Of a DNA stretch of 64,000 nucleotides, positions 11,496 to 23,603 are shown in pieces. Below the pieces are notes generated by a model, which was not told the DNA's origin, ran no database searches, and saw only the letters and a program-made list of their open reading frames with translations. A program made the translations under genes and the position numbers. The DNA comes from Eledone cirrhosa (Eukaryota), in NCBI GenBank assembly GCA_964016885.1, contig OZ024740.1, positions 337,652,001 to 337,716,000 on the forward strand. The letters run 5' to 3'. Position 1 is the stretch's first letter. Every line of letters begins with the position of its first letter.

Positions 11496-13633
11496 TCATC
11501 ATCATCATCATCATCATCACCGTTTTACGTCCGTTCTTCCACGCTAGCATGGGTTAGACGGGTTGTCCTGTTGTGGGCAGTGTCTGGTCGGCTGACCATG
11601 CCTTGCTCATACAGGAACTGATCTGGCTTGATTTCTACAGCTGGATGCCCTTCCTAACACCAACCTCATTTACAGTGAGTGCTGGGTGCTTTTTCGTGGC
11701 GCCTACACGTCCACTTTACAGTGTGGGCTGGGTGCTTTTTTGCCGTGGCACCTCCACGACCACCTTGCGGTGGGGGGGGGGGGGGGCATATTGTTTATAT
11801 GCTTCAGCATGTACCCATGGGAGGTCGGGTACCCTGTATTACTGCGTGACGCCAGAAGTCACGGTCGTGTGTCATTGACTTTGAGAGGTGTAGTTGGGTA
11901 AGGTCGGCTTTTATCACCTCATCCCAAGTCATCTTGGGTCTCCCCACTCCGCGGTTTCCATCAACTTCTAGTGCTCTGCACCTTTTTATGCAGCTGTCAT
12001 CCTTCATACGCATCACATGTCCATACCAGCGTAACCGCCTCTCCTGCACGCAGCATTTGATTCCTCTTATGCTCAGTCTCTCTCTCAATTCATTTATGCT
12101 TTGTCGTTCACGTATATTACTGTTACACATCCATCGGAGCATGCAGGCTTCGTTTCTCTCTAATCTACGTAAGTCTTCCACCTTCAGCGCCCAGGTCTCA
12201 CTACCATGCAACATCGCTGTTCGGATACACGCATCATACAGTCTGCCTTTCATTCTGAGGGAGAAGCCTTTTGCAGCTAGCAGTGGTAGTAGTTCCCTAA
12301 ACTTCTTCCATCCCGTTCTTACCCTAGTTATTGTACTTTCTGAGCACCCACCTCCGTTGCTAATTCGGTCACCTAGGTAGCAGAAGCTGTCTACTGTTTC
12401 TACAGGGCCCTCCCAGAGATTGGTGGTACTTGTTTCCTGTGGCTGTTTGCTTGCTGTTTCAGCACAGCTGCTGCATGTGAATCCTACATTCTTAATTAAG
12501 CTTCCTGAGATCCCGCTACATCTCTTGTGTACCCATTGTTTGCATTTGGGGCAAAGAATGGAGTTCCTACCTACACCTTTCCTACATACTGAGCAAGGCC
12601 ATTTCCCTGAGGGGATCTGGGTTCTGTTTTCTCGTCTACTTATAAGGACCTTAGTCTTTGTCATGTTGACTTTGAGGCCCTTTCTCTCTAGTCCCTGCTT
12701 CCAGGTTTGGAATTTATTCTCTAGTTCTACCATAGATTCAGCTATGAGTGCGAGGTCATCAGCATACAGGAGTTCCCATGGGCATCCGGTCTTAAACTCC
12801 TCCGTTATTGCCTGCAGGACTATGATGAACAGGAGAGGGCTAAGAACAGAGCCCTGGTGGACCCCAACCTGTACGCTAAATTCCTCGCTATACTCATTGC
12901 CAATCCTAACTTTGCTGACTGCTCCCCTATACATGGCTTGTACCGCTTTCACAAGCCATTCATCTACTCCTAGTTTTCTAAGAGCCCACCAGATTACTGC
13001 ACGTGGAACTCTGTCAAAGGCTTTCTCAAGGTCGACAAATGCCAAGTAGAGTGGCTTACTTTTAGCTAGGTACTTTTCCTGTAATTGCCTCACAAGGAAG
13101 AGCGCATCAGTGGTGCCTTTCCCTGGAACAAACCCAAATTGCATCTCGTCTATATTCACCCGGTCCCTAATCAGCTGTGCTATAACTCTTTCTGTTACTT
13201 TCATGACCTGGTCCATCAACTTTATACCTCTATAGTTTCCTCTATCTAGTGCATCGCCTTTACCTTTGTAGCAGTTGACAATGATGCTACTGCACCAATC
13301 TTTTGGTATGGCCCCCTCTAGTATTACCTGGTTAACGATACGTGTGGTTATAGTGTGACCTACAGACCCAGATGCCTTCAGCATCTCGGCAGCTATACCC
13401 GATGGACCGGTTGCCTTCCCTATCTTCATATCTCTGATTGCCTTACTTACTACGCTGCCGCTGACTTGTACTGCTGGTCCCTCTATAGGGTCTACGTGGG
13501 GTAGGGTCTCTTCTTCCCATGCATTCTCCTCATTTAGTAATCTATCATAATGACTCTTCCATGCATCTTTCTTCTCAGCACTTGTGAGGGCAAGCTCACC
13601 TTTATCATTCCGGATACACTTCTCTCCAATGAC

Positions 13634-13634
<1 letters not shown>
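11496..13634 (-). mobile_element. 5'-truncated RTE LINE (RT ORF 11804-13429, readable upstream to about 13634; (GAT)n tail)
   Basis: NYRGIKL, QFGF, FVDLEKAFDRV, GVHQGSVLSP, YADD, RWYGHVMRM, GRPK.TW motifs; (ATC)n at 11496-11520. Confidence 0.92.
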
Positions 13635-13695
<61 letters not shown>

Positions 13696-13735
13696 CAAAA
13701 TATTAATAAATGAAGACATTCACATAATCAAAATA

Positions 13736-13801
13736 TGTTTTATTATATATATTTCAAAGGTACTGTGCTGTTTTTTCAGTACGTCCTCGTTAGATAAAAT
13801 A
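13736..13801 (-). ncRNA. Inactivated hammerhead (core CTAACGA) in a TA-flanked fragment
   Basis: TATTTTAT CTAACGA GGAC GTACTG..CAGTAC CTTT GAAA TATATA TA ATAAAACA. Same stem I and layout as the HHR at 59845. Confidence 0.65.
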
Positions 13802-13939
13802 CATGAATTGATGTATGACATACCTCAACTGTCTTGATGGTTAAATTCCAGTATTGGCAGCAAACTTCATTGTAGAGTGCTTTTAATCTATTGTAAAACT
13901 ATATTGATTGAGTAATCAATGAACCATATTAATCTTTGG

Positions 13940-14017
<78 letters not shown>

Positions 14018-14301
14018 GCATCCAAATGTTACAGCTTTTGAACAAAAGAAAAAGATGGTGTAAAATTTGTTCATATATTTATTTAACAGAATATTTAGCT
14101 ATTGCTTCTGTTTCATGCTCTGTCGTATTACAGATGGTGTGGGTATGTGCACATACAATCACACACATACAGATGCACACTCATACACAGGTGTATGCAC
14201 ATTGACACACACACACTCATATATATATATATATAATGAAATAATGTATATATATATGTATATACACATTATATTTAATGTATATATATATATAATATAT
14301 A

Positions 14302-15566
14302 TAACCTGTCTAAGACTAAAGTTCTAGTTTGTAGGAAGGAAAATAGGGCACTGGTCCCATCTGGGAAATGGCCATGCTCAGTGTGTAGGAAAGGAGTAGG
14401 CAGAAACTCCATTTTATATCCCAAATGCAAAGTATGGGTGCATAAAAGATGTAGTGGGATCAAAGGTAAGCTAACTAAAAATATAGATTTTATATGTGGC
14501 CGGTGCTCAGGTGCAATAAGTAGCAGCAAGTGCCCACAGAATACTAGCTCATTCCATTGTCCAGATGGTTCTATAAAAATAGTGGACACCTTCCGTTACC
14601 TGGGTGACAAAATCAGCAGTGGTGGAGGGTGCTCTGAAAGTACAGTAGCCAGAGTCAGAATGGGATGGAAAAAGTTCAGAGAGCTTATACCACTATAGGC
14701 CGCTAAAGGTTTCTCTCTAAAAATGAAAGGCAGGCTGTATGATGCCTGCATACGAACAGCAATGTTACATGGTAGTGAGACTTGGGCATTGTGTGCAGAG
14801 GATATATGCAGACTAGAGAGGAACGAAGCTTGCATGCTCCGCTGGATGTGTAATAGTAATATACGTGAACGGCAAAGCATAAACGAACTGAGGGAGAAAT
14901 TAGGAATAAGAGGGATCAGATGTTGTTTACTCAAGAGAAGACTACGTTGGTACAGTCACGTGATGCGCATAAAAGACAACAGCTGTATAAAAAAGTGCAG
15001 GGCGATAAAAATAGACGGTAGCCACGGAGTAGGCAGACCCAGAAAAACCTGGGATGACTTGATAAATTCCGACCTCACACACTTACACCTCTCCAAGACA
15101 ATGCCACTGGACTGAGATCTTTGGCGCTACACAGTAATACAGAAGACCCGCCTTGCCTAAGTACAAAGTGAAACCTACAGTCAGTAGGCTCCTCTAACAA
15201 AAATACACCCCGTCCCACCACCCCCACCCCATCCACACCACCCCTTTCAATGTAAAGTTATGTTGGTACCACAACATCCTGTCCGAAATAAATGAGGTCG
15301 TGTAAGTGTCACGACAAAAAAAACACATAGTCCACGCTGTAATGTGGCCGTGTAGGTAACACGGTAAAAACCTCCCAGTCCACACTGTAAACATGGTTGG
15401 TGTTAGGAAGGGCATCCAGCTGTAGAAAACCCGCCAGACACTCCTAAACGAGCAAGACAACCAATCTTGCCTCAAGTGGGAACATTCCCGTCCAAACCCA
15501 TGCAAGCGTGGAAGATGGACGTTAAACGATGATGATGGTGATGATGGTGATGATGATGATGATGAT
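14302..15566 (+). mobile_element. 5'-truncated RTE LINE (same family as 45679-48849), premature TAG at 14696-14698
   Basis: ORF pieces 14381-14698 and 14723-15115 align to the C-terminus of the 1056-aa ORF; 3' UTR and (GAT)n tail present. Confidence 0.92.
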
Positions 15567-16045
15567 AATGTATAAAGATTTTCTACATAAATGTAGAATA
15601 CATAATTGTTATATATTCCACTTTACTTATGCATTGACATCATCTATTATCGAATATATATTGTTCCTCAGACATTCTTACCCAATTAATTAATTAATTA
15701 ACTAATTAGGCAATCATCAGACAATGACTTGGTTAACAATGTGAGAATTTCCAAAGATAACAACGGCAACTTTCTGTGGTGCATATTGGGGAAGTAGTAT
15801 GGGAAGGGACTTAACTTATAAATCTAAATATAATCTGTTTCTTTTAAATAATTACATTAAATAGTGATATACTGCATCTTGTATGTAAAAATATTTCAAT
15901 TGAAATTTCACTTTTAGTTGGAGTAAGAAGAAAAAAGAAACAAACGATAAACAAATAAAATCTAGAGATTGTTGTGAAAGATTCTCAAAGAAAAGGGAAG
16001 ATAATTTGAAAAAATTAAGAATTAATTTCTGTTTATTTAAATGTT

Positions 16046-16260
16046 CCCTTTAGCATTTAAACTAGCCATATCTGGCCAGAATTCTCTCATCTCTTTCTAT
16101 TCAAACCAGCTGGTACTGGCCACTCATACTTATGTTAAGGTATTGTTCTCAAAATAAATAATATCAAAATCTAATAGATTCAATATTATGTGAGATAATT
16201 ATGTGAGGTAAAGCCATGAAAATATAATAGTATACATAGAGTAATATAAATGCTAAAGGG
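16046..16260. mobile_element. piggyBac-type MITE
   Basis: TIRs CCCTTTAGCATTTA / TAAATGCTAAAGGG followed by TTAA. A related copy with TTAA on both sides lies at 43041-43225. Confidence 0.7.
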
Positions 16261-16304
16261 TTAAAGAAAGGACAGTTTGATCTTTGTGTGTAGACAAGGG
16301 ATTA

Positions 16305-16344
16305 CTATGGACATGTTTCATTATATTAGACCTCATCAGCATAG
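16305..16344 (-). ncRNA. Minimal hammerhead remnant
   Basis: CTATG CTGATGA GGTCTAATATAAT GAAAC AT GTC CATAG: core, stem I and palindromic ACATGT intact; stem II eroded. Confidence 0.6.
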
Positions 16345-16761
16345 GATGGTCTAACTAAACCCACTTGATTAGTTGACAAAGAATTTATGTAAAGAAAAAA
16401 GTAACAACTGATTTTTTATCTGTATCATTTGTATAATTAAAAATGAAATAAGCCAAAGAAAAGATTTATTCATAATTTGTTGAAGTTGTTTCCTATTTTT
16501 TAAAGTTTTCTTTTTGAGATTGGGTAACAATTGCAGCAAAGTTTTTGTTTTATATCAGTAGTTAATGGGAAAATTTCAATTAATTAAGAATAATTTTTCT
16601 TTCCTATTCTGTACACCTCATTTAAACTAAATTATCATGTCATTGGCTAATTTGAGTTATTTCTCTTAATTAATTTTAATTTTATTATGTAAACTATACT
16701 GGATGCAAATTATTTGTAACTCCTCTTTGTATAGGATGTTTGAGTGTATATATATATATAT

Positions 16762-17138
16762 AAACTGGAGCAATGTGAAATAAAGTGTCTTGCTCAAGGA
16801 CACAACACATCAATTCTCAGACCTGGTGATATGTTGTGTCCTTGAGCAAGACACTATGTTTCACATTGCTCCAGTTTACTCAGCTGTAGAAATGAGATGA
16901 TAGGGACTGGGATCCCTATCATTCCACTGTAAAGTGATTGTGGAGGTGCCATGGCAAAAAAAAGCACCCAGCCCACACTGTAAAGTAGACGTGTAGGCGC
17001 CACAGGAAAAAAAGCACCCAGCACTCACTGTAAAAGAGGTTGGTGTTAGGAAGGGCATCCAGCTGTAGAAATCAAGCCAGAATCAGTTCCCGACCCACCC
17101 TTGCAAGCATGGAAAAGTGGACGTAAAATGATGATGAT
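16762..17138 (+). mobile_element. SINE with RTE tail and an inverted 5' duplication
   Basis: 16762-16812 is the reverse complement of about 16827-16878; 3' end GGACGTAAAATGATGATG. Confidence 0.8.
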
Positions 17139-18169
17139 GTATGTATGTGTGTATGTATGTGTGAATGTGTGTATGTATGTATGTGTGTATGTATGTATGA
17201 ATGTATGTATGTGTGTATGTATGTGTGTGTGTGTATGTATGTGTGTATGTACGTGTATATGTGTATATGTATGTATGTGTGTATGCATGTATGTGTATGT
17301 ATGTGTGTGTGTGTATGTGTGTGTAGGTATGTGTGTATGTATGTTTGTATATATGTTTGTATGTATGAATGTCCAATAGTCAGGTCATTGGCAACTAAAC
17401 TGGCAACCCCACCAAGGTTTCTTGGTGAGGAGGGTGACTTTGGACATTCTGCAGGACTAAAAACAAAACCTGTCAAAGGGCAAAGGAGCTCTTAAGAGTC
17501 AATAGCCATTCAAAATCATCTGGAGAGATGACCCCTTAGCCTTTGTCAAGGCAGAATTCTAGGAGAAGGAAAACTCTGATATAACACCTGCAACCCTGAT
17601 GGTATCCAATGATGTTGACTTGTTCTTCCTTTGGGTAAATATCATCTTGGTTAAGAGAGTGGGACTGGCTTTGTGCGGTGCCTTTGCTCACTATAAAAGC
17701 TTCATGGTACAGGCATTGCTTTATATCTGGAGATCTCTCTGCACTTTTCGTCACATGGTACCATGGGCCCATCACTATGTGTCAATAATTGTCACAGGTG
17801 TAGTGTTTGTACCAGAGTTTTCAAGTTGCTGGCTGGACTAAAAAGTCACACTCGTTCAGCGCATCAGTAGGGGTTCTCCTACATGGATATAAAGTAGTGG
17901 CTGTACTCAAAAACGAGTTGGCAGCCACCATGTATGAATGTATGCATGTATGTATGTGTGGTTCTGCTGGTGCCATGTCATTGTTAAATTAATATCTAAT
18001 ATATCAGACTGTATCTGAAGGATTGACTCAGTGAAACATGGAACAAATCTCTGGATCTCACTGAATATATGTATATATATATATATATTGGAAAAGTAAA
18101 TAACAACAACAAGGAGTACAGTTATGAAAGGTGTTAGGTATTAGGTTCACGCTTATACATATATATATA

Positions 18170-18203
<34 letters not shown>

Positions 18204-18204
18204 T

Positions 18205-18709
18205 ACGGAGTAGGCAGACCCAGAAAAACCTGGGACGACTTGATAAATTCTGACCTCACACACTTACACCTCTCCAAGACAATGTCACTGGACCGAGATC
18301 TTTGGCGCTACACAGTAATACAGAAGACCCGCCTTGCCTAAGTACAAAGTGAAACCTACTACAGTCAGTAGGCACCTCTAACAAAAATACACCCCCGTCC
18401 CACCACCCCCACCCCATCCACACCACCCCTTCCAATGTAAAGTTATGTTGGTACCACAACATCCAGTCCGAAACAAATGAGGTCGTGTAGGTGTCATGAC
18501 AAAAAAAAACACACAGTCCACGCTGTGGCCGTGTAGGTAACACGGTAAAAACCTCCCAGTCCACACTGTAAACGTGGTTGGTGGTGTTAGGAAGGGCATC
18601 CAGCCGTAGAAAACCCGCTAGACAGTCCTAAACGAGCAAGACAACCAATCTTGCCTCAAGTGGGAAAATTCCCGTCCAAACCCATGCTAGCATGGAAGAT
18701 GGATGTTAA

Positions 18710-18742
<33 letters not shown>
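18205..18742 (+). mobile_element. RTE LINE 3'-end fragment (family of 45679-48849)
   Basis: Near-identical to about 15025-15566; (GAT)n tail. Confidence 0.9.
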
Positions 18743-18778
<36 letters not shown>

Positions 18779-18837
18779 TTACACGAGGTGTAAAATTTAG
18801 TGAGTTTATGGTTATAGGTGTTATGTAACATTTAGTC

Positions 18838-18933
18838 TTATCTCTCGCTGACGAAATGCCTACGAATTATTTGTTACAAACACGATTCATTCATGGCGAA
18901 ACAGATTAAATCTTTAGTCTGTCTGGGAGATGA
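18838..18933 (+). ncRNA. Type I hammerhead ribozyme with a 10-bp stem III
   Basis: TCTCTCG CTGACGA aat GCC...GGC GAA ACAGATTAAA tc TTTAGTCTGT C TGGGAGA; GUC cleavage triplet. Confidence 0.8.
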
Positions 18934-18934
18934 A

Positions 18935-21900
18935 ATCATCATCATCATCATCATCATCATTTTACGTCCGCTTTTCCCTGCTTGCAAGGGTGGGACGGGT
19001 CTTATTCAGCACAGCATCTCTCCACTCGTCACGGTCCCTCGTCATCTCCACCGTGAGCTTCAATGATCTGAGGTCTGTTCTCACCACCTCCGCCCATGTT
19101 TTTCGTGGTCTACCTCTACCACGTCTTCCTTCAACTGGCATTTCCTGGCACTTCTTCACCCATCGGTCATCCTCCATGCGCATCACATGTCCATACCACC
19201 TCAGTCTCCTCTCCCGTACACTACATTTTATCCCTCTCAGACACAGTTTCTCTCTCAACACATTTATGCTGGGTCGTTCACGCACATTTACACTGCACAT
19301 CCAACGGAGCATGCTTGCCTCATTTCTCTCCAGCCGTCGCATATCCTCTGCAGTTGCTGCCCATGTCTCGCTACCATGCAGCATCGTGCTCCTCACACAG
19401 GCATCATACAACCGGCCTTTCGTACGCAGGGAGAAACCCTTCTTCGTCAACAGAGGAAGCAGCTCCCTAAACTTCTTCCAACCCGTCCTTATTCTAGATA
19501 CTATGGCCTCGGAACACCCTCCTCCCATGCTAATCTGATCTCCTAGGTACCGGAAGCTATCCACCACTTCTATAGCGCCCTCTCGCATTTGAAAAATGTG
19601 TCTATCAGTGCGACTTCTACTGTCTAATTTCCCTGTACATCTACTGCATACATATTTCTCCCTACCTGTTAGTTTGCCTGCTATCCCGCTACATCTCTTG
19701 TGTACCCAGGACCTGCATTGTGTGCATTTTATAGAATTTATGCCAGTTCCTTTTCTGCATATCGAACATGGCCATTTCCCTGACGGAATCAGGGTTTTGT
19801 CCTCTTTTCTACTCATCAACACTTTTGTCTTAGCTAGATTTACTCTCAGTCCTCTTGCTTCCAACTGCTGTTTCCATAGCCGGAATTTATTCTCTAGCTC
19901 CTCTACTGATTCTGCTATAAGAGCCAGATCGTCAGCATAGAGAAGTTCCCATGGACAGCCAGTCTTAAACTCCTCTGTTATGGCTTGGAGGACTATAATG
20001 AACAAGAGCGGGCTGAGGACTGAACCCTGATGTACTCCTACTTGTATCTGGAATTCCTCACTAAACTCCATTCCTACCCTGACTTTACTGAGAGTACCTC
20101 TGTACAAAGTTTTCACTGTCCTCACAAGCCATTCCTCAACACCAAGCTTCCTTAGGGACCACCAGATGACAGATCGGGGTACCCTATCAAAGGCCTTCTC
20201 TAGGTCAACAAAGGCTAAGTATAGTGGCTTATTCTTCTCTAAGAACCTCTCTTGCATTTGTCTCACCAAGAAGAGGGCATCTGTTGTACTCTTCCCAGGC
20301 ACAAAACCAAACTGCATCTCATCTAGTTTGACCCTTTCTCTAATTAGTTGTGCTAAAATCCTTTCTGCCACTTTCATATCCTGATCTATCAGTTTTATAC
20401 CCCTATAATTGCTCCTCTCCAAAGCATCCCCTTTACTTTTGTAGCAATTTATGAGAATACTGCTGCACCAGTCTTTGGTTATGACACCACCATATATAGC
20501 CTGATTGATGATGCGTGCAACCAGTTTAGTGCCTACGTCCCCTGATGCCTTCAGCATCTCAGCAACTATTCCCGATGGTCCGGCCGCCTTACCATTTTTC
20601 ATTTCCCTAATCGCCTCTTGGACCCTATATTCGTCAATCTCAATAGCTGGTCCCTCTGTCGGATCTACCAAGGGTAATTTCTCTCTCTCCCATTCGTTCT
20701 CCACATTCATCAGTCTCTCATAATGACATTTCCAGGCCTCCTTTTTCTGGTCATTCGTGACACTAAGTACACCAGCATCATCCCGGACACATTTATCTCC
20801 AACAACATCCTGATTTGCATTGACACACTGCCTTGCAATGCCTCTGATCTTCCCGTCGCAGAACATTGGCAAACCTCCTACTCTCTGCTTCCCTGCGTGC
20901 TAAGTACACCTGACGTCTAGCTTCTCTCTTAGTAGCTGTATATTCTTCCCTACTCCCACCCTTTTTCCAAGCCTTCCATGCTAGTCTTTTGTCTCTAATA
21001 GCCTTATCTACTGTGCTGTTCCACCACCAGGTCACTCTCTGTCTGGTTGGAGCTCTGCTCCAGCCACAGGTTTCATCAGTAGCCTGCAGCAAGTTGTCAC
21101 GTAAGAACTTCCAGTTATTATCTATGTCATACGTCTCTAAATCGTCTTCTTTTTCGTCATATACATCTTGAAGGGCTTTCCTAAATTTGTATTTTAGTGA
21201 AAGGTCTTTTAGCTTCCAGACCTTTCTTCTCCACACCTTCCTATATGTCTCATTCCATCTCTTGCTTACTGAGATATCACTAACAACTAACCTATGCTGT
21301 GGGGTACATTCTTCCCCAGGGTATGCCTTGGTATTAGACACTATCTGCCTGTCCCGCTGCCTAACTAGCAGGAAGTCAATCTGGCTTATGTGCTCACCAG
21401 ATTTGTAGGTTATTAGGTGATTGGCAGGTTTCTGGAAGTTTGTGTTGCAAATAGTCAATGTACTCGCATCACAAAATTCAAGAAGTCTCACTCCTTCTTC
21501 ATTTCTTGAGCCGTAACCGTGCCCACCATGTACCCCAGTGTAACCATCCTGGAGCTGTCCAACATGACCATTGAAGTCTCCTGCTAGCATAACGATGTCT
21601 CCGTCCTCTGTCATTGTGGTTGTTTGCAAAAGTTGCTAATAAAAGCAGTCTTTCTCAGCTTTGCCTAGGCCTGCTTGGGGAGCATAGACCGAGATGATTG
21701 TCAGTAGTCTCCTACCTACAACTAATCTAAGCTTAATTATTCGATTACTAACTCGAACTACCTCTATTGTCTTATTGATCCATTTCTCAGCCAGGAAAAT
21801 GCCTACTCCCCCTAACCCATCATCCTTACCTACCCAGAATAGCTTATAGCTAAGACGCTTGCCTACGACTAGTCTCGCAGAGGCATCTCTCCATCTCACC

Positions 21901-22210
21901 TCTTGCACGCAGCACACATCCACCTGCCTTCTCTCCAGCATCTCCGCTATTTCAGCAGATCTACCTCTGAGAGTGCCAACATTAAGTGTTGCAACTCTGA
22001 GATGTGACGTCTTCATATTTTGTTGTTGTTCCTATGCTGTTTTGTTGCTGTGCTGATAATCGTTTTGGCATTGATACACTGGTTGGATGCCCTTCCTAAC
22101 ACCAGCGCCACTTTACAGCATGGACTGGGTGCTTTTATTTGTGCCACCAGCACTAGAGAGGATGTCTTACTAGACTCAAGGGCCCTCTCTACCCCTCCAT
22201 TTTACAGCAT
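18935..22210 (-). mobile_element. Near-full-length RTE LINE (APE + RT) with a stop and a frameshift
   Basis: APE 21636-22016 and 20793-21629 (TLNVGTL, VQEVRW, YAPQ, GDFNGHVG, SQIDF); RT 18962-20872; (GAT)n tail directly after the stop. Confidence 0.92.
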
Positions 22211-22855
22211 GGTCATAAAAAAAAAAAAAAAAAAAAAAACTTATTGACACGACGCACACACAAACACTCACACACCAATACTCATGCATACAAACCACAA
22301 CCACACATACCAACACTCATTCATGCATACAATCACACACACCACTCACAAACACATATATATACATATATTACCGACAGTACTGATATAAAATCAAAAT
22401 CGTCAAAGTCAAAATCACTATCATGTCAACTGTTGACCTTTCCCAGTTCAGTTCAGCTTGTATATAATAATAATAATAATAACAATAATAATAATTGTTT
22501 GCTTTACGCTGGTAATGGCGGTAGTGGATGGTGTCAGTGTGGTGGTGGTGGATGGTATCAGCGTGGTGGATGGTCAGTGATGGTGGTGGCAGTTGTTGGT
22601 GCTGTAGTTGTTATTGTAGTTGTTGTCGTTGTTGCTGTTGTTGTTGTTCTCCATTTCACTGCTGCTGTTGCTGCAGACAATGGTGTTGATGCTGTTATTG
22701 CTGTTGCATATATACAAATGGTTATTGATATGGTATGTATGAAAAATCTTGTAACATCCCATATGATTCAGGTTGAATGATATATAACATTTGTGGTGTA
22801 ATCTACCCTCGTAATTTTAGACACGGGTTTACTGTGTTTACTTCTACACATATTA

Positions 22856-22892
<37 letters not shown>

Positions 22893-22928
22893 TATATATA
22901 TTCAGAGAGATCCATATATATATATATA

Positions 22929-23197
22929 TCTACTATATGGGTCCAACACTTCTGATTGTTTATCCGACTTATTATGGTGTGTTTTCTCAGGTTATGTTTA
23001 CTATAGGGGGAAAACAGGATGGTTTTATTGAATTGCTTCAGTTATCCAAAGGGCTTTACAAACAGTGACATACAGGTGCTTGAACAGTACCTGAATATGT
23101 TCACTCAGCTATAATTTCTTCAATAGCATTTTCAGGTGCACTTTGGGAACTACGAATAACCCCACCTTTCCAGGGTATTACCGGGTACTGCAGCTAG
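22929..23197 (+). mobile_element. Probable non-autonomous Helitron
   Basis: Starts TCTACTATAT, ends with the imperfect hairpin CCAGGGTATTACCGGG then CTAG, inserted between A and T in (TA)n. Confidence 0.55.
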
Positions 23198-23571
23198 TAT
23201 ATATATATATAAAAGAAAATTCAACATACAGTGATGATATCTATTATTTTAACTCTTGATAAAGCAACAATATCAATGACTGGAGAGGTCACAACACTGA
23301 GGCCTTTCTACATATGACAGAAAGTAGGACCAGTGGTGGCAGCCGGCTGTGAAAGCATCTAGTGCGTTCTTCCTGTAACACAACGATTGGCTGCCCTAGT
23401 TGAGGGAACTTGATTCATTGAAAATAAGAGAAAGTTTTGGTCTTTCATCGGAAGATAGGATGAGAGAGAGAGAGAAAAATAGGAAAATAGACATGAGTAA
23501 GAAAAGAGAAAATGGAAAATCAATTTTTTCAGGAGGAAAACCTGTGTAGTTAGTCAGCAAATTTTGGAAAA

Positions 23572-23603
<32 letters not shown>

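Noticed and set aside
11934-13049. Antisense ORFs over the LINEs and PLEs (also 18930-21408, 45869-49081, 57287-58036, 2029-3430)
   Set aside because: Shadow ORFs of retrotransposon coding sequence with no independent motifs.
17370-17930. Coding region or defined element
   Set aside because: Looks like a repeat, possibly RTE 5'-UTR-like (GGAGAAGGAAAACTCTG), but could not be classified from sequence alone.
22370-23430. Possible promoter and first exons of a second minus-strand gene (CCAAT near 23386, donor-like sites, hydrophobic MIVILTLTILIL)
   Set aside because: No recognisable protein or consistent exon chain; needs RNA-seq.
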